53,887 nucleotides of DNA from a virus (Duplodnaviria > Caudoviricetes): the IMG/VR virus record IMGVR_UViG_3300017749_000012, positions 1 through 53,887 of that record. One strand, given 5' to 3'. The notes under the pieces are model-generated. The model worked only from the letters and a program-made list of their open reading frames with translations. It was not told the DNA's origin and ran no database searches. Below are positions 1 to 7,517 of this stretch, piece by piece. Numbering within the stretch: position 1 is the stretch's first letter; each line of letters opens with the position of its first letter. The translations under genes and the position numbers were made by a program.

Positions 1-1
1 C

Positions 2-142
2 CTTTCTACGGAAATGCTCACGCGTCACATTCGCGCATGGGGTTTCGACACTGGTATCGACGAGCGAGGACTCGAAGCCGCTCGACGGCTCGCTTTCACG
101 GCCAAAAATCTTCAGCCGGTGGTCCTTGAGACGCATTGCTGA
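2..142 (+). CDS. C-terminal fragment of an HMG-CoA lyase / DRE-TIM metallolyase-like protein (5' truncated by window)
   Basis: Frame 2 reads LSTEMLTRHIRAWGFDTGIDERGLEAARRLAF...THC*, resembling the (GN)xxTExLxxxLxxxGxxTGIDxxxL C-terminal motif of the HMG-CoA lyase family. Not in the ORF track; only 46 aa visible. Confidence 0.55.
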   Translation, partial: LSTEMLTRHIRAWGFDTGIDERGLEAARRLAFTAKNLQPVVLETHC

Positions 143-158
143 GTCCCGAAGAAGAGTA

Positions 159-170
159 GGCTCTTAACCG
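159..170 (+). promoter_or_regulatory. Putative archaeal TATA-like box (GGCTCTTAAC) for a leaderless start at 190
   Basis: TTAA about 23 nt before the ATG; same geometry at about 800, 1744, 3500, 5150, 7489 and 26938. Confidence 0.4.
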
Positions 171-189
171 CCAACCTCATGCGGTGACC

Positions 190-720
190 ATGAGCGAAGC
201 CTTTGACGCAGCGTGGGCTGTAGTTAAGGCTGAGAGAGATACGCTCATGCGAATCGGTGACGGTAGTTTCGAGCCAAGGAAGATGCCGCCTGCGTTGCCC
301 GTGGGTGGGATTCGCGGGCTAAAAAATGTCCAATCTTTCGAGGCGCAGATGAGCGGGGAGCCTGACTACGACTATTACCCCGCTAACGCGAGAGTCGCTC
401 ATCCTGCCATTCAGGGGTTGATGTCGAGGCGGGGTATGCCGGTGTATTCTCGCAGGTCGCAAGTCGTCGCATCACCTGACCCAAACAGCGGCGTGGAGAT
501 GGAGCGTTATCTGAAACCTGACACGGTTTTCGACCCTGATGTCGGAGCGCAAGTGGCTGTGCACGGCTACCGCGACCCGACGATTGCCCATTCTCAGTTC
601 CACCCCGAAGGGCTGGCTCAGCGACAAATGAGGCAAGAAGAGGGGGACCAAATGCGTGAGCAAAAGCGGCTTTTCGGCATTGACCCGTCATTTACACGCT
701 ACCCCGAATTCACGCCGTGA
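190..720 (+). CDS. Hypothetical protein with N-terminal AFDAAWAVVK|A tag (putative internal head protein)
   Basis: ORF 184..720, ATG at 190; carries the shared tag and an internal HPAIxGxxxR motif also found in the next gene. Confidence 0.75.
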   Translation: MSEAFDAAWAVVKAERDTLMRIGDGSFEPRKMPPALPVGGIRGLKNVQSFEAQMSGEPDYDYYPANARVAHPAIQGLMSRRGMPVYSRRSQVVASPDPNSGVEMERYLKPDTVFDPDVGAQVAVHGYRDPTIAHSQFHPEGLAQRQMRQEEGDQMREQKRLFGIDPSFTRYPEFTP

Positions 721-728
721 TGCCGCAT

Positions 729-770
729 GACTCCTTTCGGGAGGTCCCCTTGAGAGGGAGGCCAACCTCC
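729..770. other. Cluster of short GC-rich hairpins in intergenic DNA (possible terminator or structured RNA)
   Basis: CTCC-TTTCG-GGAG (731-743), CCCT-TGAG-AGGG (747-758), GGAGG-CCAA-CCTCC (757-770). Confidence 0.35.
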
Positions 771-827
771 GACGCCTCTACTCTGATTGAACAGTAACTT
801 CTTATCAAGCGACATCATCCCATGGTC

Positions 828-1721
828 ATGAGCAGTGCGTTTGATGCCGCTTTTGACATCGTCAAGATGAATCACTTCAGCACCGTGTATGGTGTTGCTT
901 TGTTCGATGAACTCATCTCCAAGGCGATGCATGACGACGAACTGCGCAAGGGCGTCGAGGAATACTTGCAGATGTCGATGGGTGAATTGGCAGACTTGCC
1001 GCCCGAGGAGAAGGCCCACGCCTTCAACCTCCTCCAACAGCATATGGCTCAGCAACCGAAGGCCACTGCGAACCCACAGGGCGAGGCACCTATGCCTCAG
1101 GAGGCGGAGCCGCTGCAGAAAGCGTTCCGTGCCCTGCTTGACCATCATTTTTTTTTGAACAAAGCGCTGCCTGAGCAGCAGATGTTCGTAGAGCGCTCGC
1201 CTCGTGAAATCGCGGGAGGCGCTGAAGACTTCGAGTTCTTCCAAGAAGGTAACCCCGAAATTGACCGCTTTGGCGCTCGCTCCATGGGGACCGTTCACCC
1301 CGCCATCTACGGCATGCTTCAGCGAAACAGGGAAAACAGCCACCAAACTAAGGGCCTTTATCCAAACTTGAACTTGGATTTGGGAGCCGCTGAACAGCGG
1401 CGCATTGCGAGGCCTTTCAGCACCATGCGCTCCCCACTGTCTCCTGAAGAGCAAGCAGCAGACTATCGTGCTGGTATGTCCATCGCGCAAGGTCCTGAAT
1501 TTAACCGAACAATGTATGATGGCGAGAGAGCCAGCGAAGTGATGCAGTCAGTTGTTGACAAGGAGCGGAACAGGGTTCCCGGTGACCACAGAAGGAATGT
1601 TCCCAACTACTTGCAGCGGACGCACGATGACGCGAAATTCCCTCAGAGCAGTAGTGGTTTTGGTTATCCACGCCACATCCTCGATTATCCCACGCCTGAG
1701 GAAAGAGAACTCTACAGTTGA
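828..1721 (+). CDS. Hypothetical protein with N-terminal AFDAAFDIVK|M tag; distant paralog of 190..720
   Basis: ORF 822..1721; TTCTTATC box at about 800; internal TVHPAIYGMLQR; several xxK|A sites (LISKA, LQKA, LNKA). Confidence 0.75.
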   Translation: MSSAFDAAFDIVKMNHFSTVYGVALFDELISKAMHDDELRKGVEEYLQMSMGELADLPPEEKAHAFNLLQQHMAQQPKATANPQGEAPMPQEAEPLQKAFRALLDHHFFLNKALPEQQMFVERSPREIAGGAEDFEFFQEGNPEIDRFGARSMGTVHPAIYGMLQRNRENSHQTKGLYPNLNLDLGAAEQRRIARPFSTMRSPLSPEEQAADYRAGMSIAQGPEFNRTMYDGERASEVMQSVVDKERNRVPGDHRRNVPNYLQRTHDDAKFPQSSSGFGYPRHILDYPTPEERELYS

Positions 1722-1723
1722 TT

Positions 1724-1738
1724 CCGCTTCTTAAGCGG
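1724..1738. terminator. Hairpin CCGCTT-CTT-AAGCGG just after the stop at 1721
   Basis: Perfect 6-bp stem followed by GGCTTTTGT. Confidence 0.3.
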
Positions 1739-1771
1739 CAGGCTTTTGTCAGCACGGCCCATGGTTCTGCC

Positions 1772-3370
1772 ATGGCGGAAGCGTTCAACCCTGACGAGGT
1801 TGAGAAGTTTCTACCCGCAATTGCCGCTGCGGGTCGTGCTGCTCTTGGCTCTGCTAAAGTAGCAGGCAAAGCCGCTGCGAGCAAGGTCGGAGGAGCAGCA
1901 AAAGTCGCCGGTAGCAAGGCCGCCGAGATTGGTAGCGAAGTAGCCTCCAAAGTTGGTGATGTTGCTGAGCGTGCCAAAGATGCGACAAAAACGACTGAAG
2001 GCATGATGACAGACAAGCAGAAGACGCTGTCGCAAGCCGCCTCACAAGCCAAACAACAAATGCACGACAGTCAAATGCAGAATATGCAGCAGCGCCGTGA
2101 CCAAGAACAACGCGCCATCGAGACGGCTCGTAGTGCAGCGTCGACGGGCAGTCAGATTGGTAAAGCAGAAGATTTTGAAATTGACTACGATACTCCCTCT
2201 CACCTCTCGAGCGGTGATATTCTCAGTCCCGACACTATGTGTCAAATGTGCAAGCAAAACCCAGCACAATACAAAGCAGGTTACTCTTCCCGTGGTCGAC
2301 CCAATACTCCTATCGAATACAATCTGTGCGAGGCATGCTTCGACTCCTTTGGCACCGGTGGTGCCATGTCAACCTACTCTCGCTTCATTCGCGGCTCACC
2401 GATGAACATCGCTTGGCAGTTACTCAAGGCTCAGCAAACGATGTTGAAATCGAACGAATACATGGAAGAGGCCTTCGACTTAGGTTACCCACTCATCGAC
2501 CACAATGACTTGCACGACAAGCAACGAGCCATCGTCGACCTCATCGCCAACAAAGACGGAGCGAGGAAGGAATCCTACTGGAATGACCCCGCCAGCGGTG
2601 AATATGAGACCGATGCCTACAACGGTCTATTTCGACAGGACACGCATCAGCATTACCCCGATGAAGCATTTGAGCAATACCATCGCTACCTACAGCATTA
2701 CTTCGATGCTGCCGAGCAGACTGCCGCGTTGCCTCGCCAAAAGCAAATGGAAATCATGGACGCTGGACACCCGGAGCACCCAAATCGAATTGCCATGGCA
2801 CGAATGGCCAAGGAGTTTCCCGAGTGGGATGTTGAAAATCCACATCGGGCCTTTGACGAACGCTACTATCCGTCGGAGGAGGAGCGTAGACCGCAGCGAG
2901 GTCGCGCTGCCCGTATGGCATCAGGGGGTTTCCTTCGCTCAGAAGTGCTCGTCAAAGAGCGCCAGTCTCCTGAAGCCATGCGTCACAAGAGGGAATACGA
3001 CGCTGCATACAACAAGCGCCCTGACCAAGTCAAGTATCGTGAAGAACTCAACCGCGAGCGTCGACGCCGTGGCATCATGGGCAGTCACGACCACATGGAC
3101 GTCAGTCACACGCAGGGCGGCAAGTTGACTCTTGAGCCCGAACACTCCAACCGTGCTCGTCACTTCAGGGACAAAGGCACGTTGCGCGTTGTCAAGTCCG
3201 TCAAAGACGACGTCGAGATATTGCGCAATTTGATGCAGGGGCCGATGGATGAACAGGACAAGAAAATCGCTACAGCCATGGTCGGCATGCTCGAAGAACG
3301 GCACGCTGACGAGGAAGAGGAGAGCGAACTGGTGCAACCGATGTTTGGCGGTGCTCATCTATTCGCATAA
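1772..3370 (+). CDS. Modular protein: A/G/K-rich N-terminus, CxxC..CxxC zinc finger, internal PMNIAWQLLK|A tag, C-terminal HNH-like basic domain
   Basis: ORF 1718..3370, likely ATG at 1772; CQMC...CEAC; YNKRP..KYREELNRERR..DVSH..G......SNRAR resembles small phage HNH-like domains. Confidence 0.75.
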   Translation: MAEAFNPDEVEKFLPAIAAAGRAALGSAKVAGKAAASKVGGAAKVAGSKAAEIGSEVASKVGDVAERAKDATKTTEGMMTDKQKTLSQAASQAKQQMHDSQMQNMQQRRDQEQRAIETARSAASTGSQIGKAEDFEIDYDTPSHLSSGDILSPDTMCQMCKQNPAQYKAGYSSRGRPNTPIEYNLCEACFDSFGTGGAMSTYSRFIRGSPMNIAWQLLKAQQTMLKSNEYMEEAFDLGYPLIDHNDLHDKQRAIVDLIANKDGARKESYWNDPASGEYETDAYNGLFRQDTHQHYPDEAFEQYHRYLQHYFDAAEQTAALPRQKQMEIMDAGHPEHPNRIAMARMAKEFPEWDVENPHRAFDERYYPSEEERRPQRGRAARMASGGFLRSEVLVKERQSPEAMRHKREYDAAYNKRPDQVKYREELNRERRRRGIMGSHDHMDVSHTQGGKLTLEPEHSNRARHFRDKGTLRVVKSVKDDVEILRNLMQGPMDEQDKKIATAMVGMLEERHADEEEESELVQPMFGGAHLFA

Positions 3371-3390
3371 CGCCTATACGCGAGTAGCAC

Positions 3391-3486
3391 GTTGTCTCTG
3401 TTGTATTGTTAATATTATATATCATAGTAGTAGTATAGAGAATAGTAAGGACTTATCTCAAGACAACCTGCACAACGACGGACAAT
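3391..3486. promoter_or_regulatory. AT-rich core flanked by inward-facing GTTGT/ACAAC repeats (origin-like or packaging-site-like element)
   Basis: GTTGTC 3391, GTTGTA 3400, ATTGTT 3405; AT-rich 3405-3460; GACAAC 3462, CACAAC 3471, GACAAT 3481. GTTGTCT/AGACAAC is a perfect 7-bp inverted repeat. Confidence 0.45.
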
Positions 3487-3502
3487 CAAAGCGGGAACAT
3501 TT

Positions 3503-4135
3503 ATGTCTACCTCAGCAGTGCCCTCATCAGTGGTCGCTATGGATGACGACATGCAACACGAGGCCGAAATTCGCCTACTTGGGTTGATTCTCGCTCAGTC
3601 TACGCTGGTTGGCGTAGGTATCGGCGTTTTCGATGCTGACCTTTGGCTCAAAAACGACACGCCAATGCTGAACGGTTTCACTTACGCCATGGGGGCGTTT
3701 TTCATCCAAGGTATCGCTTACTACATGTTCAAGGTCTTTTTCGAGCAGGGTATGCGAGAGCGTGCCCGCATGTCTCAAATCGACCGGGAACGCACAAGCA
3801 AGTATCGCAACATGCAGCACTCATTCGACGAGCGTCGTGCGGAAATGGAACTACGCATGCAAGAAGCACAACTCGAGAAAGAGTTGCGCTGGATGGAGGC
3901 TAATCCCGGTCAGATGCCCCCGAGTTGGGGTGTGCGCGGTGGCTCACCGTCGCTCGTCGGTCAATATGACAGTCGCGGTGGGGCAGCAAGTCACTTTGAC
4001 GGCAGTCGCATTCCTACTCATACCGCTCACTCACAATCACCCCTCAGTCTGGGTGTTGCTGAGGAGAATCCTGAAAGCACTCCGCTGAAGAAAGACGGCA
4101 CGCCTGACAAGCGATACGTCAAGAAGGTGGAGTGA
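3503..4135 (+). CDS. Membrane protein (2 TM helices, coiled coil, C-terminal KKDGTPDKRY motif); true start may be 3530 or 3539
   Basis: Hydrophobic segments LLGLILAQSTLVGVGIGVF and FTYAMGAFFIQGIAYYMFKVFF; charged helix AEMELRMQEAQLEKEL. Confidence 0.75.
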   Translation: MSTSAVPSSVVAMDDDMQHEAEIRLLGLILAQSTLVGVGIGVFDADLWLKNDTPMLNGFTYAMGAFFIQGIAYYMFKVFFEQGMRERARMSQIDRERTSKYRNMQHSFDERRAEMELRMQEAQLEKELRWMEANPGQMPPSWGVRGGSPSLVGQYDSRGGAASHFDGSRIPTHTAHSQSPLSLGVAEENPESTPLKKDGTPDKRYVKKVE

Positions 4136-4140
4136 AGTGC

Positions 4141-4395
4141 ATGGGCCGTATCTTCAAGACGGTGTCCGACAATGCGACTGAGGAAACCCTTCGAGCGATT
4201 CATCTTGCTAACACGGTTGATACGACATATGAACGAGCGTGGGGTTGGGTTAAGACGCTCCTCGCATCTGTTCTAACAGCACTCGTCGTGAGCGGTATTG
4301 AATTTCACAACACTGAGTTCAGCGTCTATGAGTCGACTATCGACTGGGCAGCACAAAAGTTGAGAGACTTCGCCAATTGGTTGAAGTGGTGGTAG
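4141..4395 (+). CDS. Small membrane protein (1 TM plus Trp-rich amphipathic C-terminus)
   Basis: WGWVKTLLASVLTALVVSGI; C-terminus LRDFANWLKWW; AGGTGGAG SD before the ATG at 4141. Confidence 0.7.
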   Translation: MGRIFKTVSDNATEETLRAIHLANTVDTTYERAWGWVKTLLASVLTALVVSGIEFHNTEFSVYESTIDWAAQKLRDFANWLKWW

Positions 4396-4405
4396 AGGTG
4401 TCAGG

Positions 4406-5131
4406 ATGGTTGAGCCTGCAGGGACAGCATTGGTTGGCGCTGCCGTGTGGGGCCAAGCCCTCTACAATTCGTGGCGACCGCGAAAAGTCGGAATCTACGG
4501 GGCCCCCAAAGTCGGAAAAACTACTCTCGACCGATACATGACCACACCCGGTGAGATGGAAGCCATTTCAGACGAGGACCGCACCACTCACGAAAAGATG
4601 TTCAAGGTCATCGGGGCCTACAAAATGCCGAAACCGACTCGAAAGCGCATCGGGTGGGAAGGTCAGAAACGAGTGGTCTACTCCTCAGATGTCGGTGGCC
4701 AAGAGCGATTTTGGAATCTGTGGGTCGAAGACATGGTCACCCGTGGTGTTGAGGCCGTGGTCTACGTGTTCGATGAGCGTGCGTTCAAGGGAGGGGACGA
4801 AGGCTTGCAGCAGATTGCTGGCTTTCGTTTTCTCGTTGACCGCCTCATTACGAGAGATTATCGTTACCGCTCTTTCAAAGCAAGATTTCGCGGTCGTCGT
4901 TACGCACCTCGTCTTGTGATGTTGGTTGCCAATAAAGCCGACCGCTTCTTTGACGAAACGGCATCGAAGTTGTGGCACGACGGGCGTATTGGGGAGCACA
5001 AGGTCTTCGACCCCTTCAGGGACGACCTTATTCGTCTGCAAAAAGCAGGCATTCCAACTAAGCGCTCGTTCATGGCAACACGTATCGGATGGAACGTCGA
5101 GAAAACCATGCTGGACCTCTTGACCTCTTGA
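4406..5131 (+). CDS. Ras-superfamily small GTPase (Arf/Rab-like)
   Basis: G1 GAPKVGKTT (4499), G2 candidate DRTT, G3 DVGGQERF (4688), G4 NKAD (4931), G5-like MATRIGWNVE; hydrophobic N-terminal helix ALVGAAVWGQALYNSW. Confidence 0.9.
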   Translation: MVEPAGTALVGAAVWGQALYNSWRPRKVGIYGAPKVGKTTLDRYMTTPGEMEAISDEDRTTHEKMFKVIGAYKMPKPTRKRIGWEGQKRVVYSSDVGGQERFWNLWVEDMVTRGVEAVVYVFDERAFKGGDEGLQQIAGFRFLVDRLITRDYRYRSFKARFRGRRYAPRLVMLVANKADRFFDETASKLWHDGRIGEHKVFDPFRDDLIRLQKAGIPTKRSFMATRIGWNVEKTMLDLLTS

Positions 5132-5146
5132 TTGACCTATCAGGAA

Positions 5147-5158
5147 GGCTTTTATTTG
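5147..5158 (+). promoter_or_regulatory. Putative TATA-like box GGCTTTTATTTG for a leaderless start at 5178
   Basis: TTTTAT about 22 nt upstream of the ATG; no SD visible. Confidence 0.45.
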
Positions 5159-5177
5159 CATCGCTCTTGGTGAGCCC

Positions 5178-5387
5178 ATGGGCAGAAATGTTTCCACGAC
5201 TACGTTGCATGCTGCATCGTCAAAGACGGGCAGTTTGCGAACCACCGTGCCCATGTGGATTATCAACCACTTCAACCTCTCCGCTGGAGATGATGTGGAT
5301 TGGCGCTTCCATGTCCAAGATGGGAAGATGGTCGTAGTCATGGAACCTGTGGAGGGCGTCTTCGATGCTACCAAGAATCTCAAATAA
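5178..5387 (+). CDS. AbrB/SpoVT-type swapped-hairpin DNA-binding protein
   Basis: SLRTTVPMWIINHFNLSAGDDVDW matches the archaeal AbrB-like SxxxTIPxxIxxxLxLxxGDxxxW pattern; 69 aa. Confidence 0.75.
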   Translation: MGRNVSTTTLHAASSKTGSLRTTVPMWIINHFNLSAGDDVDWRFHVQDGKMVVVMEPVEGVFDATKNLK

Positions 5388-6309
5388 TCCTGCGCTTTAC
5401 CAGAGCAATGCTGCGCACCTTGCGACGTTAGCGACGCAAGGGAATGAGCAACTCACACAAGCAGCCTTGACTGAGATGATGGCTGCCCAGCAAGGTATGC
5501 AGGAAGTAGCAGCCCATCAAAACCTCGAAGTTCCGAAGGTGAACTTCTATCCGAGCACCCACCCTGACCCTCGAAAAGCACGTCGGAGGGACATCAAACA
5601 GGCCTACAAGTTGCTTCAGCCTGCTAAGCGTAGCATTTTCAACCCTCTTCGCTGGGCCGGTAACAAGCATCGCTATGCGAAGGACACCGGCGTATGTGTT
5701 GTCGACGGGTGCAACGTCACTGAACTCATCAAGCACGACAATCTCTACATGCGCATCTGCGATGAGGGGACAGGGCGTAGCCTCGACGAGATGTATTGGC
5801 AGAATCCAGTAACCGGTCAACCGGAAGCCTTCATCGCTCGTGACCGCGTGACTGGGGGTAAGAAAATGCGCGGCACGTATTGCCCTGAGCATCTACATCT
5901 CTATCACCTGCTCACAAAGTGGGAGGCTGAAGAGGACAAGCAGAACGAGATGAACCCTCGGCGTCTGCGTGACAAGGTCAAGCGCGGTGTTTCCATTGTG
6001 ACTGTGCCTGTGGCTGCGGTTAGGACGAAGGAAGTCATGCCTCCCCTTGTTGTGAAGTATGAACCGTGGTTTGATGAACTAATGCGGGATGCTGGTCGCA
6101 CCAAAGCCATCCGCATCGAGCGCTTTGATAATCCGCTGAGCGGCGAGAATGACTTGGTGCAAGTGACGTTCGATAGTCGTTACATGCGCTGGGAAATGGA
6201 GCAGGCTAACCTACCAACGGCTGAGTTTCAGGCCCTCCTCGCACAACAACAGGCGATGTTAACGCCTCAACAGAACCTTGATGTCGATGGACTCGCTGGG
6301 CAGGTGTGA
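5365..6309 (+). CDS. Hypothetical protein with a probable Zn-binding site (CVVDGC ... YCPEH)
   Basis: GGAGG SD at 5351; 314-aa ORF; CxxxxC and CxxH pairs; Q-rich termini. Confidence 0.7.
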   Translation: MLPRISNNPALYQSNAAHLATLATQGNEQLTQAALTEMMAAQQGMQEVAAHQNLEVPKVNFYPSTHPDPRKARRRDIKQAYKLLQPAKRSIFNPLRWAGNKHRYAKDTGVCVVDGCNVTELIKHDNLYMRICDEGTGRSLDEMYWQNPVTGQPEAFIARDRVTGGKKMRGTYCPEHLHLYHLLTKWEAEEDKQNEMNPRRLRDKVKRGVSIVTVPVAAVRTKEVMPPLVVKYEPWFDELMRDAGRTKAIRIERFDNPLSGENDLVQVTFDSRYMRWEMEQANLPTAEFQALLAQQQAMLTPQQNLDVDGLAGQV

Positions 6310-6314
6310 GTCTG

Positions 6315-6965
6315 ATGTTCAACTTTGGTCAACCCCAGCAACCCGCCGGACTAAATCTTTCGCAAACGGGGGCTCCAACGGGAGCCATGCAACATCCTCA
6401 ATCGTTTGGCCTCGGAGTTGCACAGCCACCTCAACAGAACGCCTTCATGAACGGGATGATGGGGGGTATGGGCACTCAACAACAATACGGTCAGATGCAG
6501 CAGTTCGGTCAACAGCCCGTCGCTCCTCCAAGTGAAATGGAATTGATGAACGCTCTCTTGCAGTCTCAAAATCCAATCCACCGTTTTATCGCAACGGGTG
6601 GACTGGCTGCAGTCATCGACCTCGTTGCCACTGCTACGTCCCTCTCGTTGCTCACGATTCTCAAAGAAGCCACCTTTGTCATTGATGACGAGGAAGGAGC
6701 CATGAAGATGGACATGACTTCGCTTCCCGACGCCCTCAAGACGCTTAGTGCCGAGAACGTAGGAATGGCCCTGAATCAAGTTGTGAACTCGAGTCAGCAG
6801 ACTATTCAGCAGGCTGAAATGCAGCGTCAGCAGATTCTCGCTTTGAGTCAACAATCCATGATGGGTGGTGCTCTCGCTGCTGCGATGGCTGATGACAACA
6901 TGATAGAGAAGGTTGGCGGTGGCATTGGCACTGTCGCTCGCTCATTCATGGGACTCCCGAAATAA
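6315..6965 (+). CDS. Q/G/M-rich low-complexity protein with FG motifs, a hydrophobic helix and an amphipathic C-terminus
   Basis: MFNFGQPQQ..SFGLG..QQFGQQP; FIATGGLAAVIDLVATATSLSLLTIL; IEKVGGGIGTVARSFMGLPK. Confidence 0.7.
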   Translation: MFNFGQPQQPAGLNLSQTGAPTGAMQHPQSFGLGVAQPPQQNAFMNGMMGGMGTQQQYGQMQQFGQQPVAPPSEMELMNALLQSQNPIHRFIATGGLAAVIDLVATATSLSLLTILKEATFVIDDEEGAMKMDMTSLPDALKTLSAENVGMALNQVVNSSQQTIQQAEMQRQQILALSQQSMMGGALAAAMADDNMIEKVGGGIGTVARSFMGLPK

Positions 6966-6974
6966 TGAGGTGAA

Positions 6975-7229
6975 ATGATGCAACGACGACCGCAAGGATT
7001 TGGGCCGATGGAATCGCTATCTCAAGGTAGCGTGCAGGTGTTTTCACCGACGCGAAGCGTCATCACTGACATGATAATGGTGCAGTTCATCAGCATGATT
7101 GTCGTCTTTGGTCTCATTCTGCTGCTCAAGGGAGGCACGCTGGGTGCAAACTCAGTCAGCGCTTACCTCATCGGCATCATGTTTTCCTCGGTTGTCCTCG
7201 GTCGCATCTACAGCAGTCTCACTCGGTGA
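6975..7229 (+). CDS. Small 2-TM membrane protein (holin-like size)
   Basis: GAGGTGA SD; IMVQFISMIVVFGLILLL and VSAYLIGIMFSSVVLG. Confidence 0.7.
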   Translation: MMQRRPQGFGPMESLSQGSVQVFSPTRSVITDMIMVQFISMIVVFGLILLLKGGTLGANSVSAYLIGIMFSSVVLGRIYSSLTR

Positions 7230-7457
7230 CCACTTCCCAATTGGGCAACTCATCGAAGGTGAAGCGGCTTTCACTTTGACGAAGCATCCGCATTTCCAGC
7301 ACACGTCGACTGCTTTGAGCAAGAAATCGCAACCGTGACATGCGGCCAACCGGTCCATGTATTCGCTCTTCGTTACTCGGTTTTTCCGAGCGATGTCTTT
7401 GACTGTCGTTATGACGTCGGATGCTTGCTTGGGCACCCTTGGCACTCGTCCGAACAT
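7152..7457 (-). CDS. Small Cys-rich protein (RxxxCxxC..CxxCGC..K..CPxxKW; DUF6171-like from recollection)
   Basis: RLAACHGC..CWKCGCFVKVK..SCPIGKW is a common phage Zn-binding pattern; the only convincing minus-strand gene. Confidence 0.7.
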   Translation of the reverse strand: MFGRVPRVPKQASDVITTVKDIARKNRVTKSEYMDRLAACHGCDFLLKAVDVCWKCGCFVKVKAASPSMSCPIGKWSPSETAVDATEDNRGKHDADEVSAD

Positions 7458-7481
7458 GGTAGGTCGTCCAACTACTGCGAG

Positions 7482-7493
7482 AAAAGGGTTATG
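7482..7493. promoter_or_regulatory. Overlapping divergent TATA-like boxes for starts at 7457 (-) and 7518 (+)
   Basis: AAAAGGGTTATG gives TTATG on + and CTTTT on -, each about 25 nt from its ATG. Confidence 0.3.
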
Positions 7494-7517
7494 TTCGATG
7501 TTGCTTTAGAAGCGCTC

